From an uncultured bacterium (GTDB lineage Bacteria; Patescibacteriota; Minisyncoccia; UBA6257; 2-01-FULL-56-20): DNA of 64,000 nucleotides. The stretch lies in contig CAWJQC010000006.1 of NCBI GenBank assembly GCA_963844965.1, positions 1-64,000 on the forward strand, written 5' to 3'. This document shows, one piece after another, positions 30,175 to 41,073 of the stretch. Position 1 is the first letter of the stretch. Each line of letters begins with the position of its first letter. The translations under genes were made by a program, and so were the position numbers. A model generated the notes under the pieces. The model did not search any database. It was not told the DNA's origin and saw only the letters and a program-made list of their open reading frames with translations.

Positions 30175-30720
30175 TTAGAACTTCACCTGCACCGGCTGCT
30201 TTTCCGCGTCGCTCAAGTCACCGAAAAATTCCATCGGCTTGAAACCGAAAGAGTTGGCTATCAGATTCTTCGGGAAACTTTGGATGGCGATATTGAGGTC
30301 GCGGACACTGCCGTTGTAGAAGCGGCGGGCGGCCTGAATCTTATCTTCGGTATCCGTCAGCCCATCCTGAAGTTTGGCGAAATTCTCGTTCGCCTTCAAT
30401 TGCGGATAGTTCTCGGCGACGGCGAAAAGCGACTTCAAGGCGCCGGAAAGGGCGTCCTCCGCACCAGCTTTTTCCTTGCCCATCGGCGCGCCCATCGCCC
30501 GCGCCCGTGCGGCGGTTACATTTTCAAAAACCTGCTGCTCATGCGTCATATAACCCTTCACGGTCTCAACGAGGTTCGGAATCAAGTCATAACGGCGCTT
30601 CAACTGCACGTCTATGTCCGACCACGCCTCCTGGGTCTGGTTCCTCAAGCGAATCAGCCCGTTGTACGCAAACACAAGCCAAATAACGACTATGACCAAA
30701 ATCACCAGTAACCAAATCAT
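30175..30720 (-). CDS. lemA: LemA-family protein
   Basis: N-terminal TM segment and a conserved LemA core. Confidence 0.8.
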   Translation of the reverse strand: MIWLLVILVIVVIWLVFAYNGLIRLRNQTQEAWSDIDVQLKRRYDLIPNLVETVKGYMTHEQQVFENVTAARARAMGAPMGKEKAGAEDALSGALKSLFAVAENYPQLKANENFAKLQDGLTDTEDKIQAARRFYNGSVRDLNIAIQSFPKNLIANSFGFKPMEFFGDLSDAEKQPVQVKF

Positions 30721-30922
30721 GGATTAATTTGTAATTGTTAATTTATATTATTGCTTTAATTATATAGGTAAAACGAAGCGGGTGCAAACGTTGCTAACTT
30801 GCACCGCCAGTGCCGGCGGAAAACGAACCTGATTCGCGATAACGCTATGCACAGATTAGTTTTCAGTTTTGCAACGGAGTTCGTTTTATTGACCCTTCTC
30901 GGTATCCAAAGGTAAAAGGTCG

Positions 30923-31294
30923 GTGGATGATCTAAATTCAACGCAAAACCAAATGAGACTAGGGATAAAGATTTCCGCTGTTCTGTCGCTGATTTTACCG
31001 TTCGTCGCCTCCGCTCAGCAAAATGTTCCGCCGCCGATGACCGATATATCGGGGTTCGTCGGGCTTATCTGCACCGTGGTTAACTGGCTTTTCACCTTCC
31101 TCATTGTTCTCACGATCCTCTTTATCATCGTCGCGGCGTTCATATACGTTACCGCCGGCGGCGATCCCGAAAAAGTGCGTGGCGCCACGGGTTGGATAAT
31201 TTATGCGGTGGTAGCGATTGTGATCGCAGTCCTCGCTAAAGGTATTCCTTTGATTATCGGCAGCTTCCTTGGCGCTTCGTTCACCGGCTGCTAA
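30923..31294 (+). CDS. VirB2/TrbC-like pilin-family small membrane protein
   Basis: GGDPEKV...IIYAVVAIVIAVLAKG...GASFTGC; paralog of the 59.7-61.7 kb cluster. Confidence 0.55.
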   Translation: MDDLNSTQNQMRLGIKISAVLSLILPFVASAQQNVPPPMTDISGFVGLICTVVNWLFTFLIVLTILFIIVAAFIYVTAGGDPEKVRGATGWIIYAVVAIVIAVLAKGIPLIIGSFLGASFTGC

Positions 31295-31316
31295 AAACTG
31301 CCGCAGCGGCAAAAGC

Positions 31317-31346
31317 AAAAATGGGGCGATTGGCCCCATTTTTTTA
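31317..31346 (+). terminator. Intrinsic terminator (ggggcgattggcccc followed by a T-run)
   Basis: Seen directly. Confidence 0.6.
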
Positions 31347-31383
31347 TTTACCTACACCGGAAATTCGCACCGGCGCACTTAGA

Positions 31384-31956
31384 TTAAATAAGCGCCGACT
31401 GCTGCTTCGCGAATTCAACTTTAATCATCTCACCGGTTTTTTTGTCCGGCACCATAAAAAACCTCTGCTTGCGGTATAAATCGTAAAGCTCCTTGGTTAA
31501 TTTAACGTCGTTCAAACAATACTCCTTAAGCTCTTCCATTTTGCCGTCCCGATAAAGATTGATGGCCTCGGCTCCATGATGTTCCTTCTTCACCCCCAAA
31601 TTCACCTCTGCCAACTTGGACAAGCTTATCCTCTGCCTTGTAGCTAATTCAATTTCTTCCAGCAAGTCCACGCGCTCTTTCTCCCAAATGTTCGGAGTGG
31701 CGGCATTCAGTTTCTGAAAATAGAGATTGAGGACGGGCACGTCGTAGCGGTTCATGCTGAAACCGACAATGCGCCGAGCGGAATTAAAAAGTTCGGACAA
31801 TTTTTCCATCTCCGCTTCTTCAAAACAAAAATATTTGTCGCGAAGGTAAGAATAAACCCCGACAACGGAAATTTTAAGCGCCGCAAAATTGTCCCAGCCA
31901 ACGCCCGGATCGGTGAAAAAATTCTGCGTTTCTATGTCAAAAACCAAAGTGTCCAC
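31384..31956 (-). CDS. DnaQ-like 3'-5' exonuclease
   Basis: VFDIETQ (Exo I) and YCLNDV (Exo III). Confidence 0.65.
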   Translation of the reverse strand: MDTLVFDIETQNFFTDPGVGWDNFAALKISVVGVYSYLRDKYFCFEEAEMEKLSELFNSARRIVGFSMNRYDVPVLNLYFQKLNAATPNIWEKERVDLLEEIELATRQRISLSKLAEVNLGVKKEHHGAEAINLYRDGKMEELKEYCLNDVKLTKELYDLYRKQRFFMVPDKKTGEMIKVEFAKQQSALI

Positions 31957-32027
31957 GTGTAAAAATTTTACAATTTATAATTTCCAATTTTACAAACTCC
32001 ATATTCTGAAAATTGATTGCTCCGCAA

Positions 32028-32531
32028 TCAAACGTGCCTATCCGCCACGTTGGACGCCGCGTAACTTTCGGGCTTCGTCTTCGCTTCAAAATTGTTGGCG
32101 CGGACCATATTCACCACCTCCTGAATCATCACTTTGGTCGGCCCATTTTCGCCAACGTCAACGTGTATCTCAAAACCAAACTTGGGCAGAGGAAACTTAT
32201 TAAGTTCCAGAAGAACGTCCTTCGCGATATCCAGCGAAATCAAAACTTCTTTTATAATCCGGTCACGGAGCGTGTGCAGTTTGTCATGGCTCACCCTGCG
32301 CCAAAAATACCGTCCGCCGTTTCCCACCCGATGCACAACGACCGCGGTGACAAAATCGGCCTTGTTGTTCTCGTAAAGCTCGGAGTCCGTCCCGATCGTA
32401 ACTTTGTAATACCTGCCGGAATCGGCACGCATGAAGTTCACAATTTCCCGCACGACTTCGGCGGCGGTCAGTTTCAAGCCGAGTGAACTATATAAAAATT
32501 CGGGCATCCCATACACTATAAGACCGACCAC
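32028..32531 (-). CDS. YkuK/DUF458-family RNase H-like protein
   Basis: IGTDSE...FVTAVVVH...NGGRYF. Confidence 0.5.
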   Translation of the reverse strand: MVGLIVYGMPEFLYSSLGLKLTAAEVVREIVNFMRADSGRYYKVTIGTDSELYENNKADFVTAVVVHRVGNGGRYFWRRVSHDKLHTLRDRIIKEVLISLDIAKDVLLELNKFPLPKFGFEIHVDVGENGPTKVMIQEVVNMVRANNFEAKTKPESYAASNVADRHV

Positions 32532-33090
32532 TGTTTTTTGTCAATCACCGCGGGCTAAAGCCCGCGGCTTGTGTTCGGCTCCTGTTCCCACTGGTTTCTG
32601 ATATATTCTCTCATCGCTTTTTCGTTTTGACGGCCAACGGTTTCGGCAAAGTAACCATCCTGCCACAAGCTGTCTCCCCAGAGGAATTCTTCCAGCTCGG
32701 GAAATTCTTTTCTGACAGCCCTGGACGTACCGCCTTTGAGATAAAACACCGCTTTGGCAACCGTCAGGGTAGCAGGAATTTGAAGCAATAGATGGACATG
32801 GTCGGGCATTATCTGCGCTTCATGGATGAACCATTTATTCATCTTGGCGGCTTGAAAGAACAATGTCTTGAGTCGCCCGACCATGTCCCCTCGCAGTATC
32901 GAGCGGCGGTACTTTGGGCAGAAAACAACGTGGTACAAACATCGCGTATAGCTGTGGTTGCTTGGCCAGAATCCAGAGGGCATTATCTTCATTATCGCAC
33001 CGGCAGAAACCAGTGGGAACAGGCAAATAAGCCCTCCGCCCCTCGCTTCGCTCGGGGCTACGGGGTCGCCTTATCCTCGGCCTAAAGGCC
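32524..33090. mobile_element. IS200/IS605-family element (tnpA only) with subterminal hairpins
   Basis: Hairpins ccgcgggctaaagcccgcgg (32542-32561) and ggcctaaaggcc (~33075); 20-bp inverted repeats at 32563-32585 and 32999-33020. Confidence 0.5.
32555..32992 (-). CDS. tnpA: IS200-like Y1 (HUH) transposase
   Basis: YHVVFCPKYRR and the HVHLLL (HuH) motif. Confidence 0.85.
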   Translation of the reverse strand: MKIMPSGFWPSNHSYTRCLYHVVFCPKYRRSILRGDMVGRLKTLFFQAAKMNKWFIHEAQIMPDHVHLLLQIPATLTVAKAVFYLKGGTSRAVRKEFPELEEFLWGDSLWQDGYFAETVGRQNEKAMREYIRNQWEQEPNTSRGL

Positions 33091-33299
33091 GGGGCTTGCG
33101 GCGGAGCGGGTCAAACCTCCGCGTCTATACGAGAGCGCAAAACGCACCGCAGCTACCGCTCGCGCAATAGATGCGGCTTCGGTTGAATCATAGCCAATCA
33201 GTAAAACTTTGATTTCAAAAGATGCCCCCGCATAGGCACGGCGGCTAAACAAAAAATGTAGCGCAAGATAAACGGTTCTCTGCGCACAAATCAATATTC

Positions 33300-36200
33300 C
33301 TAATTCTGTACGGTCACCGTCAGATAATCCGACGCCTGGAAATTGCCGGCGGCATCATACGCCATAAGGTAAATAACGTGCGGACTATTGTCCTCTTTTG
33401 TCGTATCCCAGGAGAAACTATAAGGAGGCAACGTCTTGCTGTCTTTGAGCATCGCATCCACATAAAACTCAACTTTGGTAACTCCTACATTATCTGACGC
33501 ATTAGCAGATACTGTAACCACGCCCGACAGCGTGGAATTGTCGGCTGGACTCGTAACCGTTATCGTCGGCGGAATCGTGTCAAGCGGCGGGGGAGAAATA
33601 CTCACGTTGTTGGTCGGCGAAGTCCCGACGTTGCCGGCGGTATCGTAGGCCTTCGCGTAAAACGGATAAGGACCACCGCTCGGAAAGCCAGAGACGTTAA
33701 AGTTGGCGGCATAAGGGGACGAGGAAGCGAAAGAAATCAAAATGCCTTTGATGTAAAACCCCACCTTCGTCACGCCGCCATTCTTCATATAGTCCTCCTG
33801 CACCCAGCCGCTGGGACCGGAATCAAAATTAACATTCCACCACCAGGAAGCGTTGCTGTAAACCGGTCCGCCCACCACCGTCCCCTGCGCTCCGCCCATA
33901 TCCCACGCACTAGCGGTAAATTGAAGAGTATTGCTGTTCACCGTAGAGCCGTCTGCGGGAGAGGTCAGAGTAACCGTCGGCGGTACGGTATCCACGGTAT
34001 ACGTCTGCGTGCCGACGGGAGTTCCCGCAGCGCAGGTAGAAGGAGCTGACGTTACGGCAATGTTGGTAGCGCTGGACGTCAGTATCACCCGCTGGCCTAT
34101 TGTGAATTTTGTGGAAGGCGGCGGTGCAGTCGTCACGATGCTTACCGGCGTTGACGCGGACGAATTATTTCCGGCTGCGTCAAATGCGGAAACAGCATAA
34201 GTGTAACATGCCGAGCCGCTAACACTATTATCCGCATATGACGGGGTTGACGAAACGGTGGCGATAACAGAACCGTTGCGCATTATCTTATATCCAGCCA
34301 CGGCAATATTGTCGCTTGAAGGACTCCAGGTGAGATTGATCCGCGTCAACGAGACGACCTGGGCTACGAGACCGGTCGGCGTCGTGGGCGGAGTTCTGTC
34401 TATGCCGAACGTATTTGTCGTGGACGATGAGTTGTTGAATATATCGGTCGCTACCGCTTTAACGGTATGAATTCCCTCGGCGGTCCCGGAGGTATTCCAC
34501 GAATATGAATAAGGGGGCACTGTGGGGCTGGCGACAAGATTGCCATCAATGTAGATATCCACCTCTGAAACGGCGGTGTTGTCGGTTGCCGTCACGTAAA
34601 CGCTTGCCGTACCTCCCGGAATGAAAGAATTATTCTTCGGCGAGTTAATCACGACCGTCGGCGGAGTTGTATCCGCCGTCGGCAACGGCCCGTAATTGTA
34701 AAAACCGAGATCGTCAAACCAGGCGCTGCCGACGCCATCAGTGTCTTCGTCCGTAACAAGAAGGAAGCGCACGCTTTTCGCAGTCCAGGGAGCGGTAAAG
34801 TGATTGGAAAAATTGGTCCAACCTCCGCTACCCAGTATGCCGCCGACATAATCCACGCGCACTAGATTCCCCTGAGGATAAATCGAACTCATGGATGATA
34901 GAAGGGGGTAATAGGGCGTAGAACTTGAGGACCAAAGCAGGTAAATCCTCGCGCCAGAACCACCGACGCCACTTGCTTTTATCCATCCCGACGCCGTGTA
35001 GGAGGCTCCCGGAATTATATTCGTCACGTCTTGAGATACCATCTGCAGACCGGTACTCAGAACATCAATCTCTTCTGAGTGAGTTCCACCGTGGAAATCG
35101 GATGTCGTAACCGACCTGCCAGGAAAAGCCGAATCAGACCAAGCGGAACCGCCCAACTCAAAACCCGGGTCAATCAAAAGATTTTCGGAAATTCTCTCCA
35201 AGTAATTCTCGGCGACCCAACCTTCCGCTCCGGAGTCAAAACTTACCTCCCACCAGAAATAAGTGTCAGAATATTCTGAGCCGCCGATAACCGTCCCCAC
35301 AGAGCCCTCGGGTTCAACGGCAAGTGACGGCGCGAAAGTTGACGGCAGCGAACGGACATTCACCGAACTCATGGCCATGACGCGGTCGCCTATGGAAAAT
35401 TTGGTGCTCGGCGGAGGATTTTTCACGCCCACGATTACGGGCGGCGATGTGCCAAGATTATTAGAAGCGTCGTGGGCGATAGCGTTTAAAGTATGGCTAG
35501 CATTATTGGTAGCCAGATTCGTATCCCACAAAAACGTGTAGAACAAGCTTTTCACCGGCGAGCTCGTAACTGCCGGGCCGATGGCCGCGCCGTCAGCGAG
35601 AAGATTAATGTCCGCAACCGCGACGTTATCCGTGGCGCTCACGGACACTCTCGCAACGCCAGATACCGTCTGGCCGTTGAGCGGATAGGAAATGCGCGCG
35701 ACTGGCGGAGTTGTATCGGGATTATTGGTAGTCACGACAACGGGCAGGGAAGACGTCCCGTTTCCCGCGCCGTCATAAGCCACGGCAACAAGCGTATGGG
35801 TAGCATTCAATGTGCTTGAAGTATCCCAAACGAAAGAATATGGGAGTTGGGTGTCAGCACCCTTATACGTGCCGTCAACGTACAAGTAAACCCTGGCGAC
35901 GCCGACGTTGTCGGTGGCGTTAACTAAAACATTAAAAGTTCCCGATATGATCTCGCTGCTTGTGGGAGAAACTATGGAAACAACCGGCGGAGTCGTGTCC
36001 GGCGGCGGAACATATTTCTTCAGTGAATCTTCCGGACTCCAGCCGCTCGGGTCGGAATCATATTTTATGAACCACCAACCCTGGCCGTTCACGTAAACCG
36101 GACTGCTTGTTGATATAAAACCCAAAGTTCCCGAGGAATGCGTACCCAGCAGTTGTCCGAAAACCGACGGCCCCGAGCTTATTGTGCTCGACGGAGTGAT

Positions 36201-38153
36201 ATCCGCATAGACATTTGTGGTGGTTGTGGAAACCTGAACCCGGTCGCCGGCATTGAACTTTGAACTGTTGTTGATGTTAACGGTTACTGTCGGCGACGCG
36301 TAAGAATTTCCGGCGGAGTCATAGGCCTTTACGACAATGTCTTCTTTGCCATTAGCGAAGTTGAGCGTACTGATGGAGAACGAATAGGGCGGCGAATAAC
36401 CAACGAAATACACGCTTCCGCCCCAATAAAGCTCGACTCTGCTTATAGAGCCGCCGCCGGAAACTGTGGCTGTAATCGTTATGTCTCCCGAAACGGTCGC
36501 ACCATTAGTCGGCGAGGTGATATTTACGGTCGGTCCTCCGGTTACGGCGTTTGCCAAATAATTTTCTACGCTCCAGCCGGATGGACCGGAATCATAATTC
36601 ACATCCCACCACCAGTAGTTATCATAAAAATAGGAAATGCCGGTAATAGTTCCCTGCGCGCCGCTTGGCTGCGTACCCAATATGGTGCTCGATACCATCG
36701 GCAGAGTATGTATGTTCAAGTTGGCGGTGGTCTTGACGCGGTTACCGGCGGCGAATTTACTTGAAGAGGCGTTGAGCTCGCTCGCGGCAATTTTTATCAA
36801 GTAACCCTCGACGCTCCATCCCGAAACAGCGTCATCGTACGTCACTTGCCACCAATTATACGAGTTGGCATTAATGGGACCGCCGCTTACTATCCCCTGC
36901 GCTCCCGCGCTCTCCGTACCGACAATAGCGGCGGAAAGCGACTGACCAGCCCTGACGTTCAAATTCACCGTCGCTTGCACCTTATCGCCTATGGAAAATT
37001 TATCGGAAATAACAGCCTTGGCTAAACCCGACTCGTAGCACCACCCCGTAACCGCATCATTGAAAGTCACCTTCCACCAAATATAGCCATCGGCGGGCGT
37101 GGGACCACCGCTTATAGTGCCGCGCGCTCCCGCCTTTTCCGTCCCCACAGCCACGCCCACGGTCGTGGGAGTTGACAGAACACTCAAGTCCGAGTTTGTT
37201 TGCACAATGTCGCCCATTGAAAATTTATTGCTCGTGGTCGGCGCGATACTCACAAGATACTCCTCTATACTCCAGCCGCTTGTCGCATTATCGTCATACT
37301 TCACGTGCCACCAGACAAAACTGTCGGAACTCGTCGGGCCGCCGATAATACTGCCGAGAGAATTCGGCGCCTCTACCCAACCAATGGTGGATGAAAGCGA
37401 GGGGTCGGAACGAACATTCAGATTAGTTGTCGTCCGCACGCGGTCGCCCATTGAAAACGCCACGTAGGTACTCGTAGCCGTGACGGATTCCGTAATTTTC
37501 ACCAAATAATCCTCAACGCTCCACCCCGAGATGCCGTCATCATATATCACTTGCCACCAGGCATAGCCATCAGCGGCAACAGGGCCGCCCATAATGTGGC
37601 CGAGCGTCCCCGAAGCCTCAGACGTCACAATCGTGCCGGAAAGCGAAGGCGTTGAGCGCACATTCAAACTCTCCGTTGTTTGCACGCGATCGTTCTTTGA
37701 AAATTTCACGGAAACCGCCATTGTCGTCGCACTGACGGGCTCGGACCAAGCCGAGACATTTCCCGCGGAATCATAAGCGGCAATCACGTACGTGTACGTG
37801 GTGGCGGGCAGAAGACCTGTGTCAGCATACGTCGTTCCGACTATGCCACTTATGGGAGGAGGCGTACTGTCTCTCAGAATCGCGTAACCAGCCACTCCAA
37901 TATTGTCGGTTGCTGCATCCCAGCTGAGGTCAATTTCTGTGGTCGAAGCTTCCACTACCTTGAAATTAGTGGGGGTGGACGGCGGCGTAACATCTCTTGT
38001 GCTTGTGGCTTGCGCGTGCGCCGTGGCAAGAGAACAAAAAAGTGGGAATATGAAAAACAAAACAAAAACTCCGCACGTAAATAGCCGGAGGTTCTTTGCG
38101 CACCGCTTGTACGTCTTTAGAATAACCGCCGAGATAAAGAGAGTACTTGGCAT
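33300..38153 (-). CDS. Giant secreted/surface protein (1617 aa): signal peptide, FN3 and Ig-like domains, ~10 bacterial SH3-like repeats, CBM-like module
   Basis: Repeats of the form KFS.GDRV.TT.NLNVRS.PSLS..I........G.I.GGP......WW.V.YDD...GW..E.YL. Confidence 0.8.
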   Translation of the reverse strand: MPSTLFISAVILKTYKRCAKNLRLFTCGVFVLFFIFPLFCSLATAHAQATSTRDVTPPSTPTNFKVVEASTTEIDLSWDAATDNIGVAGYAILRDSTPPPISGIVGTTYADTGLLPATTYTYVIAAYDSAGNVSAWSEPVSATTMAVSVKFSKNDRVQTTESLNVRSTPSLSGTIVTSEASGTLGHIMGGPVAADGYAWWQVIYDDGISGWSVEDYLVKITESVTATSTYVAFSMGDRVRTTTNLNVRSDPSLSSTIGWVEAPNSLGSIIGGPTSSDSFVWWHVKYDDNATSGWSIEEYLVSIAPTTSNKFSMGDIVQTNSDLSVLSTPTTVGVAVGTEKAGARGTISGGPTPADGYIWWKVTFNDAVTGWCYESGLAKAVISDKFSIGDKVQATVNLNVRAGQSLSAAIVGTESAGAQGIVSGGPINANSYNWWQVTYDDAVSGWSVEGYLIKIAASELNASSSKFAAGNRVKTTANLNIHTLPMVSSTILGTQPSGAQGTITGISYFYDNYWWWDVNYDSGPSGWSVENYLANAVTGGPTVNITSPTNGATVSGDITITATVSGGGSISRVELYWGGSVYFVGYSPPYSFSISTLNFANGKEDIVVKAYDSAGNSYASPTVTVNINNSSKFNAGDRVQVSTTTTNVYADITPSSTISSGPSVFGQLLGTHSSGTLGFISTSSPVYVNGQGWWFIKYDSDPSGWSPEDSLKKYVPPPDTTPPVVSIVSPTSSEIISGTFNVLVNATDNVGVARVYLYVDGTYKGADTQLPYSFVWDTSSTLNATHTLVAVAYDGAGNGTSSLPVVVTTNNPDTTPPVARISYPLNGQTVSGVARVSVSATDNVAVADINLLADGAAIGPAVTSSPVKSLFYTFLWDTNLATNNASHTLNAIAHDASNNLGTSPPVIVGVKNPPPSTKFSIGDRVMAMSSVNVRSLPSTFAPSLAVEPEGSVGTVIGGSEYSDTYFWWEVSFDSGAEGWVAENYLERISENLLIDPGFELGGSAWSDSAFPGRSVTTSDFHGGTHSEEIDVLSTGLQMVSQDVTNIIPGASYTASGWIKASGVGGSGARIYLLWSSSSTPYYPLLSSMSSIYPQGNLVRVDYVGGILGSGGWTNFSNHFTAPWTAKSVRFLLVTDEDTDGVGSAWFDDLGFYNYGPLPTADTTPPTVVINSPKNNSFIPGGTASVYVTATDNTAVSEVDIYIDGNLVASPTVPPYSYSWNTSGTAEGIHTVKAVATDIFNNSSSTTNTFGIDRTPPTTPTGLVAQVVSLTRINLTWSPSSDNIAVAGYKIMRNGSVIATVSSTPSYADNSVSGSACYTYAVSAFDAAGNNSSASTPVSIVTTAPPPSTKFTIGQRVILTSSATNIAVTSAPSTCAAGTPVGTQTYTVDTVPPTVTLTSPADGSTVNSNTLQFTASAWDMGGAQGTVVGGPVYSNASWWWNVNFDSGPSGWVQEDYMKNGGVTKVGFYIKGILISFASSSPYAANFNVSGFPSGGPYPFYAKAYDTAGNVGTSPTNNVSISPPPLDTIPPTITVTSPADNSTLSGVVTVSANASDNVGVTKVEFYVDAMLKDSKTLPPYSFSWDTTKEDNSPHVIYLMAYDAAGNFQASDYLTVTVQN

Positions 38154-38260
38154 GACGGCTTACACACTTATTATAGCAAAATCAACTTGGGCGCCGTTTA
38201 ACAACTGCCGCGCCCGGCTGCGGTATCTAATGACGGAGGTTAAGAATCATATTTTCGCGC

Positions 38261-39745
38261 TCAAACCCAGCCGAGCTTGCCGGTGAGGGTGGCCACGGCG
38301 CCGCGGTTCAGCTTGTCGCCGATTTCGGGAAATTTCTCCAGCTCATCGGCAATAATGTTCTTCACACGGAGAACTTCGGCTTCGTTCCCACCTTCCGCGC
38401 GAACCGTGATATACGGCGACGTATTTGAGGCGCGCACCAATCCCCAACTTTTTTCTCCGACTTGAAAACGGACACCGTCAATCAAGGAGGACTTGAACCT
38501 GCCGCTCAAATCTTTTTGAATCTTGCCGATGATTTCAAATTTTTTCTCGTCGGCGCACGGCAATTTTATCTCCGGCGTGCTCAGGCGCTTGGGTATGCCC
38601 GCGAAGAGAGTGGAAAAGGGCGCACCACTCCGTGACAGGAGTTCAAGCATCTTTCCCGCTCCCCAGAGACCGTCGTCAATTTTAAAATAATCCTCCGTGA
38701 AATAAATATGGCCAGAAGTTTCGCCGCCCAAGATAATATCGTCGTCTTTTCTCAACGTTTCTTTTATCGGCGCGTGCCCCGTGCGGTGCATCAAGGGAAT
38801 GCCGCCATACGAAGGAATCAGCTCCGAAAGAAGTTGCGTACACTTGACGTCGTACAAAATTTTCTTACCGGGATGTCTGCTTAATACATCCTTCGCCAAA
38901 ACAAGAAGTGCTACGTCGCCGGATATAAACTCCCCTTTTTCCGAAATGAAACCGACGCGGTCGCCGTCAGCGTCAAAAGCAATGCCGACATCGGCTTTTT
39001 CCTCTACAACTTTCTTTTGCAAATCAACGAGCGATTCTCTGGCTTCTGGGTCGGGAATATGGTGCGGAAAAGTAGCATCAGGTTCTATGTAAAGGCCGAC
39101 GACGTCGCAGCCCAATGCCCCGAATAGGTCCGGCGCGAAAACTCCGGCGCTGCCATTGCCCGTATCAATCACTACCTTAAACGGCTTTGCGATCTTTATA
39201 TGCTCCAAGAAATACTCGCGGTATGATTTATAGCCGTCAAGCTTTTTAAGTTTTCCTATTTTATCATCCAATAATTTTCCCGACTCAATCATCCCGCGCA
39301 TTTTCTGCAACTCCTCTCCGAAAAGTGGCCAGTTGTCCTTTTTCATCAACTTAAAGCCGTTGAAAAAATAAACGTTGTGGCTGCCGGTCACGTTAACGCC
39401 GCCGTCAAAATGCACATACGCGGTTATAAAATAAACAATAGGAGTAAGCGCCACGCCCAAATCGGTTACATCGCAGCCGGTTTTCCGTACGCCCTCAATG
39501 AACGCTCCCGTAAGCTCGTCAGCAAACGGGCGCAATTCATGCCCGACGACGACATTTTTTCCACCCCCTCTGCGTATGATCGTGCCGTAGGCCTGACCGA
39601 TGGCCCTCGCGGCGTCAAGCGTAAGCGTTACGCCCGGAAACGGTCCGTACCACCTCTCGTATTCTTCCACTATTTTCTTATTAAACTCGCTGCCGGCAAT
39701 TCCGCGGATGTCGTACTCGCGGAAGATTGATTTATTGATTGTCAT
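38261..39745 (-). CDS. Phosphoglucomutase/phosphomannomutase family protein
   Basis: Start at MTINKSIFREYDIRG (39745) and the GGETSGH motif; the table ORF is extended upstream by ~123 codons. Confidence 0.8.
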   Translation of the reverse strand: MTINKSIFREYDIRGIAGSEFNKKIVEEYERWYGPFPGVTLTLDAARAIGQAYGTIIRRGGGKNVVVGHELRPFADELTGAFIEGVRKTGCDVTDLGVALTPIVYFITAYVHFDGGVNVTGSHNVYFFNGFKLMKKDNWPLFGEELQKMRGMIESGKLLDDKIGKLKKLDGYKSYREYFLEHIKIAKPFKVVIDTGNGSAGVFAPDLFGALGCDVVGLYIEPDATFPHHIPDPEARESLVDLQKKVVEEKADVGIAFDADGDRVGFISEKGEFISGDVALLVLAKDVLSRHPGKKILYDVKCTQLLSELIPSYGGIPLMHRTGHAPIKETLRKDDDIILGGETSGHIYFTEDYFKIDDGLWGAGKMLELLSRSGAPFSTLFAGIPKRLSTPEIKLPCADEKKFEIIGKIQKDLSGRFKSSLIDGVRFQVGEKSWGLVRASNTSPYITVRAEGGNEAEVLRVKNIIADELEKFPEIGDKLNRGAVATLTGKLGWV

Positions 39746-39902
39746 GCTTAAATATCTTGTCAAATTCAGTATAACTCCCCCCTTAAATAACAAAAGTGGC
39801 TTTCTTGTGGAGTGTGAAAAAAGTTGTTGCAATTTTATCAGGAATCTGCTTAAGTTAGCGTAGATTTTTCGAGAAGCAATCGGTAATAATCTGGAGGCGA
39901 AA

Positions 39903-40665
39903 ATGCCTAAGCGCAAGTTGCAATTGTTAGTGGATCCAAATAAGTGTCTTGATATATTTGGCGCACTAAACCTCCTCGTCAGTTCACAACCGCTGTCCCT
40001 ACGCGAGCAGGAACTACTTGCAAATCTCATAAAGAATCGCGCCCGAGTACTGGAATCATTGAATCTCTTGGTCAGCCCGATAGTAATGGTACACGTCCTG
40101 CCGGGAGGAATCATGCCCAGAAGGATGACGCCAGGCGCTATTGGTTATGATGTCGGTCTAAGGGCTCTGGTTTCTCCTTGGGACATGGAAGAAGAAACTC
40201 CCCATCTGAGAAAAAAAATTGTTCGGCTTTGATTGCAGAACGTCGGAATACCCGGAAATCATGAAAAGCGTGGCTGAGATAAGAAACGAGAACGACAAAC
40301 CGGAGTTGGTGTACCGACTCCATCCGGGAAAATCGGTGACGGTGGGCGTTGGATTTGTCACCGCAATGCCGTTCCCCATGTTTTACTGGGATACTCCCCG
40401 CAGCGGATTGGCGTCAAAATGGCTCATCACGCTCGGTAATGCTCCGGGGACGGTTGACCCCGATTACCGCGGAGAGGCTGGCGTAATTGTAGTAAATAAC
40501 AGCGATAAAGTTTACGAGCTCAGACACAACATGCGCATCGCCCAAATTATCTTTACTTTCGCGCTGATTCCTAAACTCATACCGGTCGCAAAATACGAAG
40601 TATCTGCCAAAAACCATCCGCGGCGCCGGTGGCTTCGGCTCAACCGGTATGCGATAAAAAATTAA
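39903..40665 (+). CDS. dut: dUTP diphosphatase with a ~50-aa N-terminal extension; frameshift ~40210
   Basis: GAIGYDVGLRA, PRSGLASK, VDPDYRGE, MRIAQ motifs spread across two frames. Confidence 0.65.
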
Positions 40666-40726
40666 GGCGGTCGCCTGAGGCGACCGCTCTTTTGTTTCCA
40701 GTGCCAAATTCTTGACTCCCCTTCCG

Positions 40727-41020
40727 TTATTTTTTCGCCGCCGCCATAAAATCCCTCATCTCCGCGACAAGCTCATCAACTATTCCGTCTCTCATCTCGT
40801 CAAGGTCGGGAATTTTATTTTCCAGAAAAGAATTTATCTTTTCGGCGTCGCCTTCTTCGGTCAGCTTGTCAAACTCCTCCTGGTCTTTTTCGTTCAGCCT
40901 GTCGTAAACACGCAAAACGAGACGCTTCAAAAGCGAGTCCGCAAGTTGCACCATAATCGCATCTTTGTCTTCCTGGGTTAAGTTCTCACCCAGCCCAAGT
41001 TCTTTTATTAAGTCCCTCAT
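40727..41020 (-). CDS. Hypothetical small acidic protein
   Basis: ORF only. Confidence 0.5.
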   Translation of the reverse strand: MRDLIKELGLGENLTQEDKDAIMVQLADSLLKRLVLRVYDRLNEKDQEEFDKLTEEGDAEKINSFLENKIPDLDEMRDGIVDELVAEMRDFMAAAKK

Positions 41021-41073
41021 TGTTATTTTTTTATTATACCATTACCAGTTATGAAGCCACAACAAATAACCCG

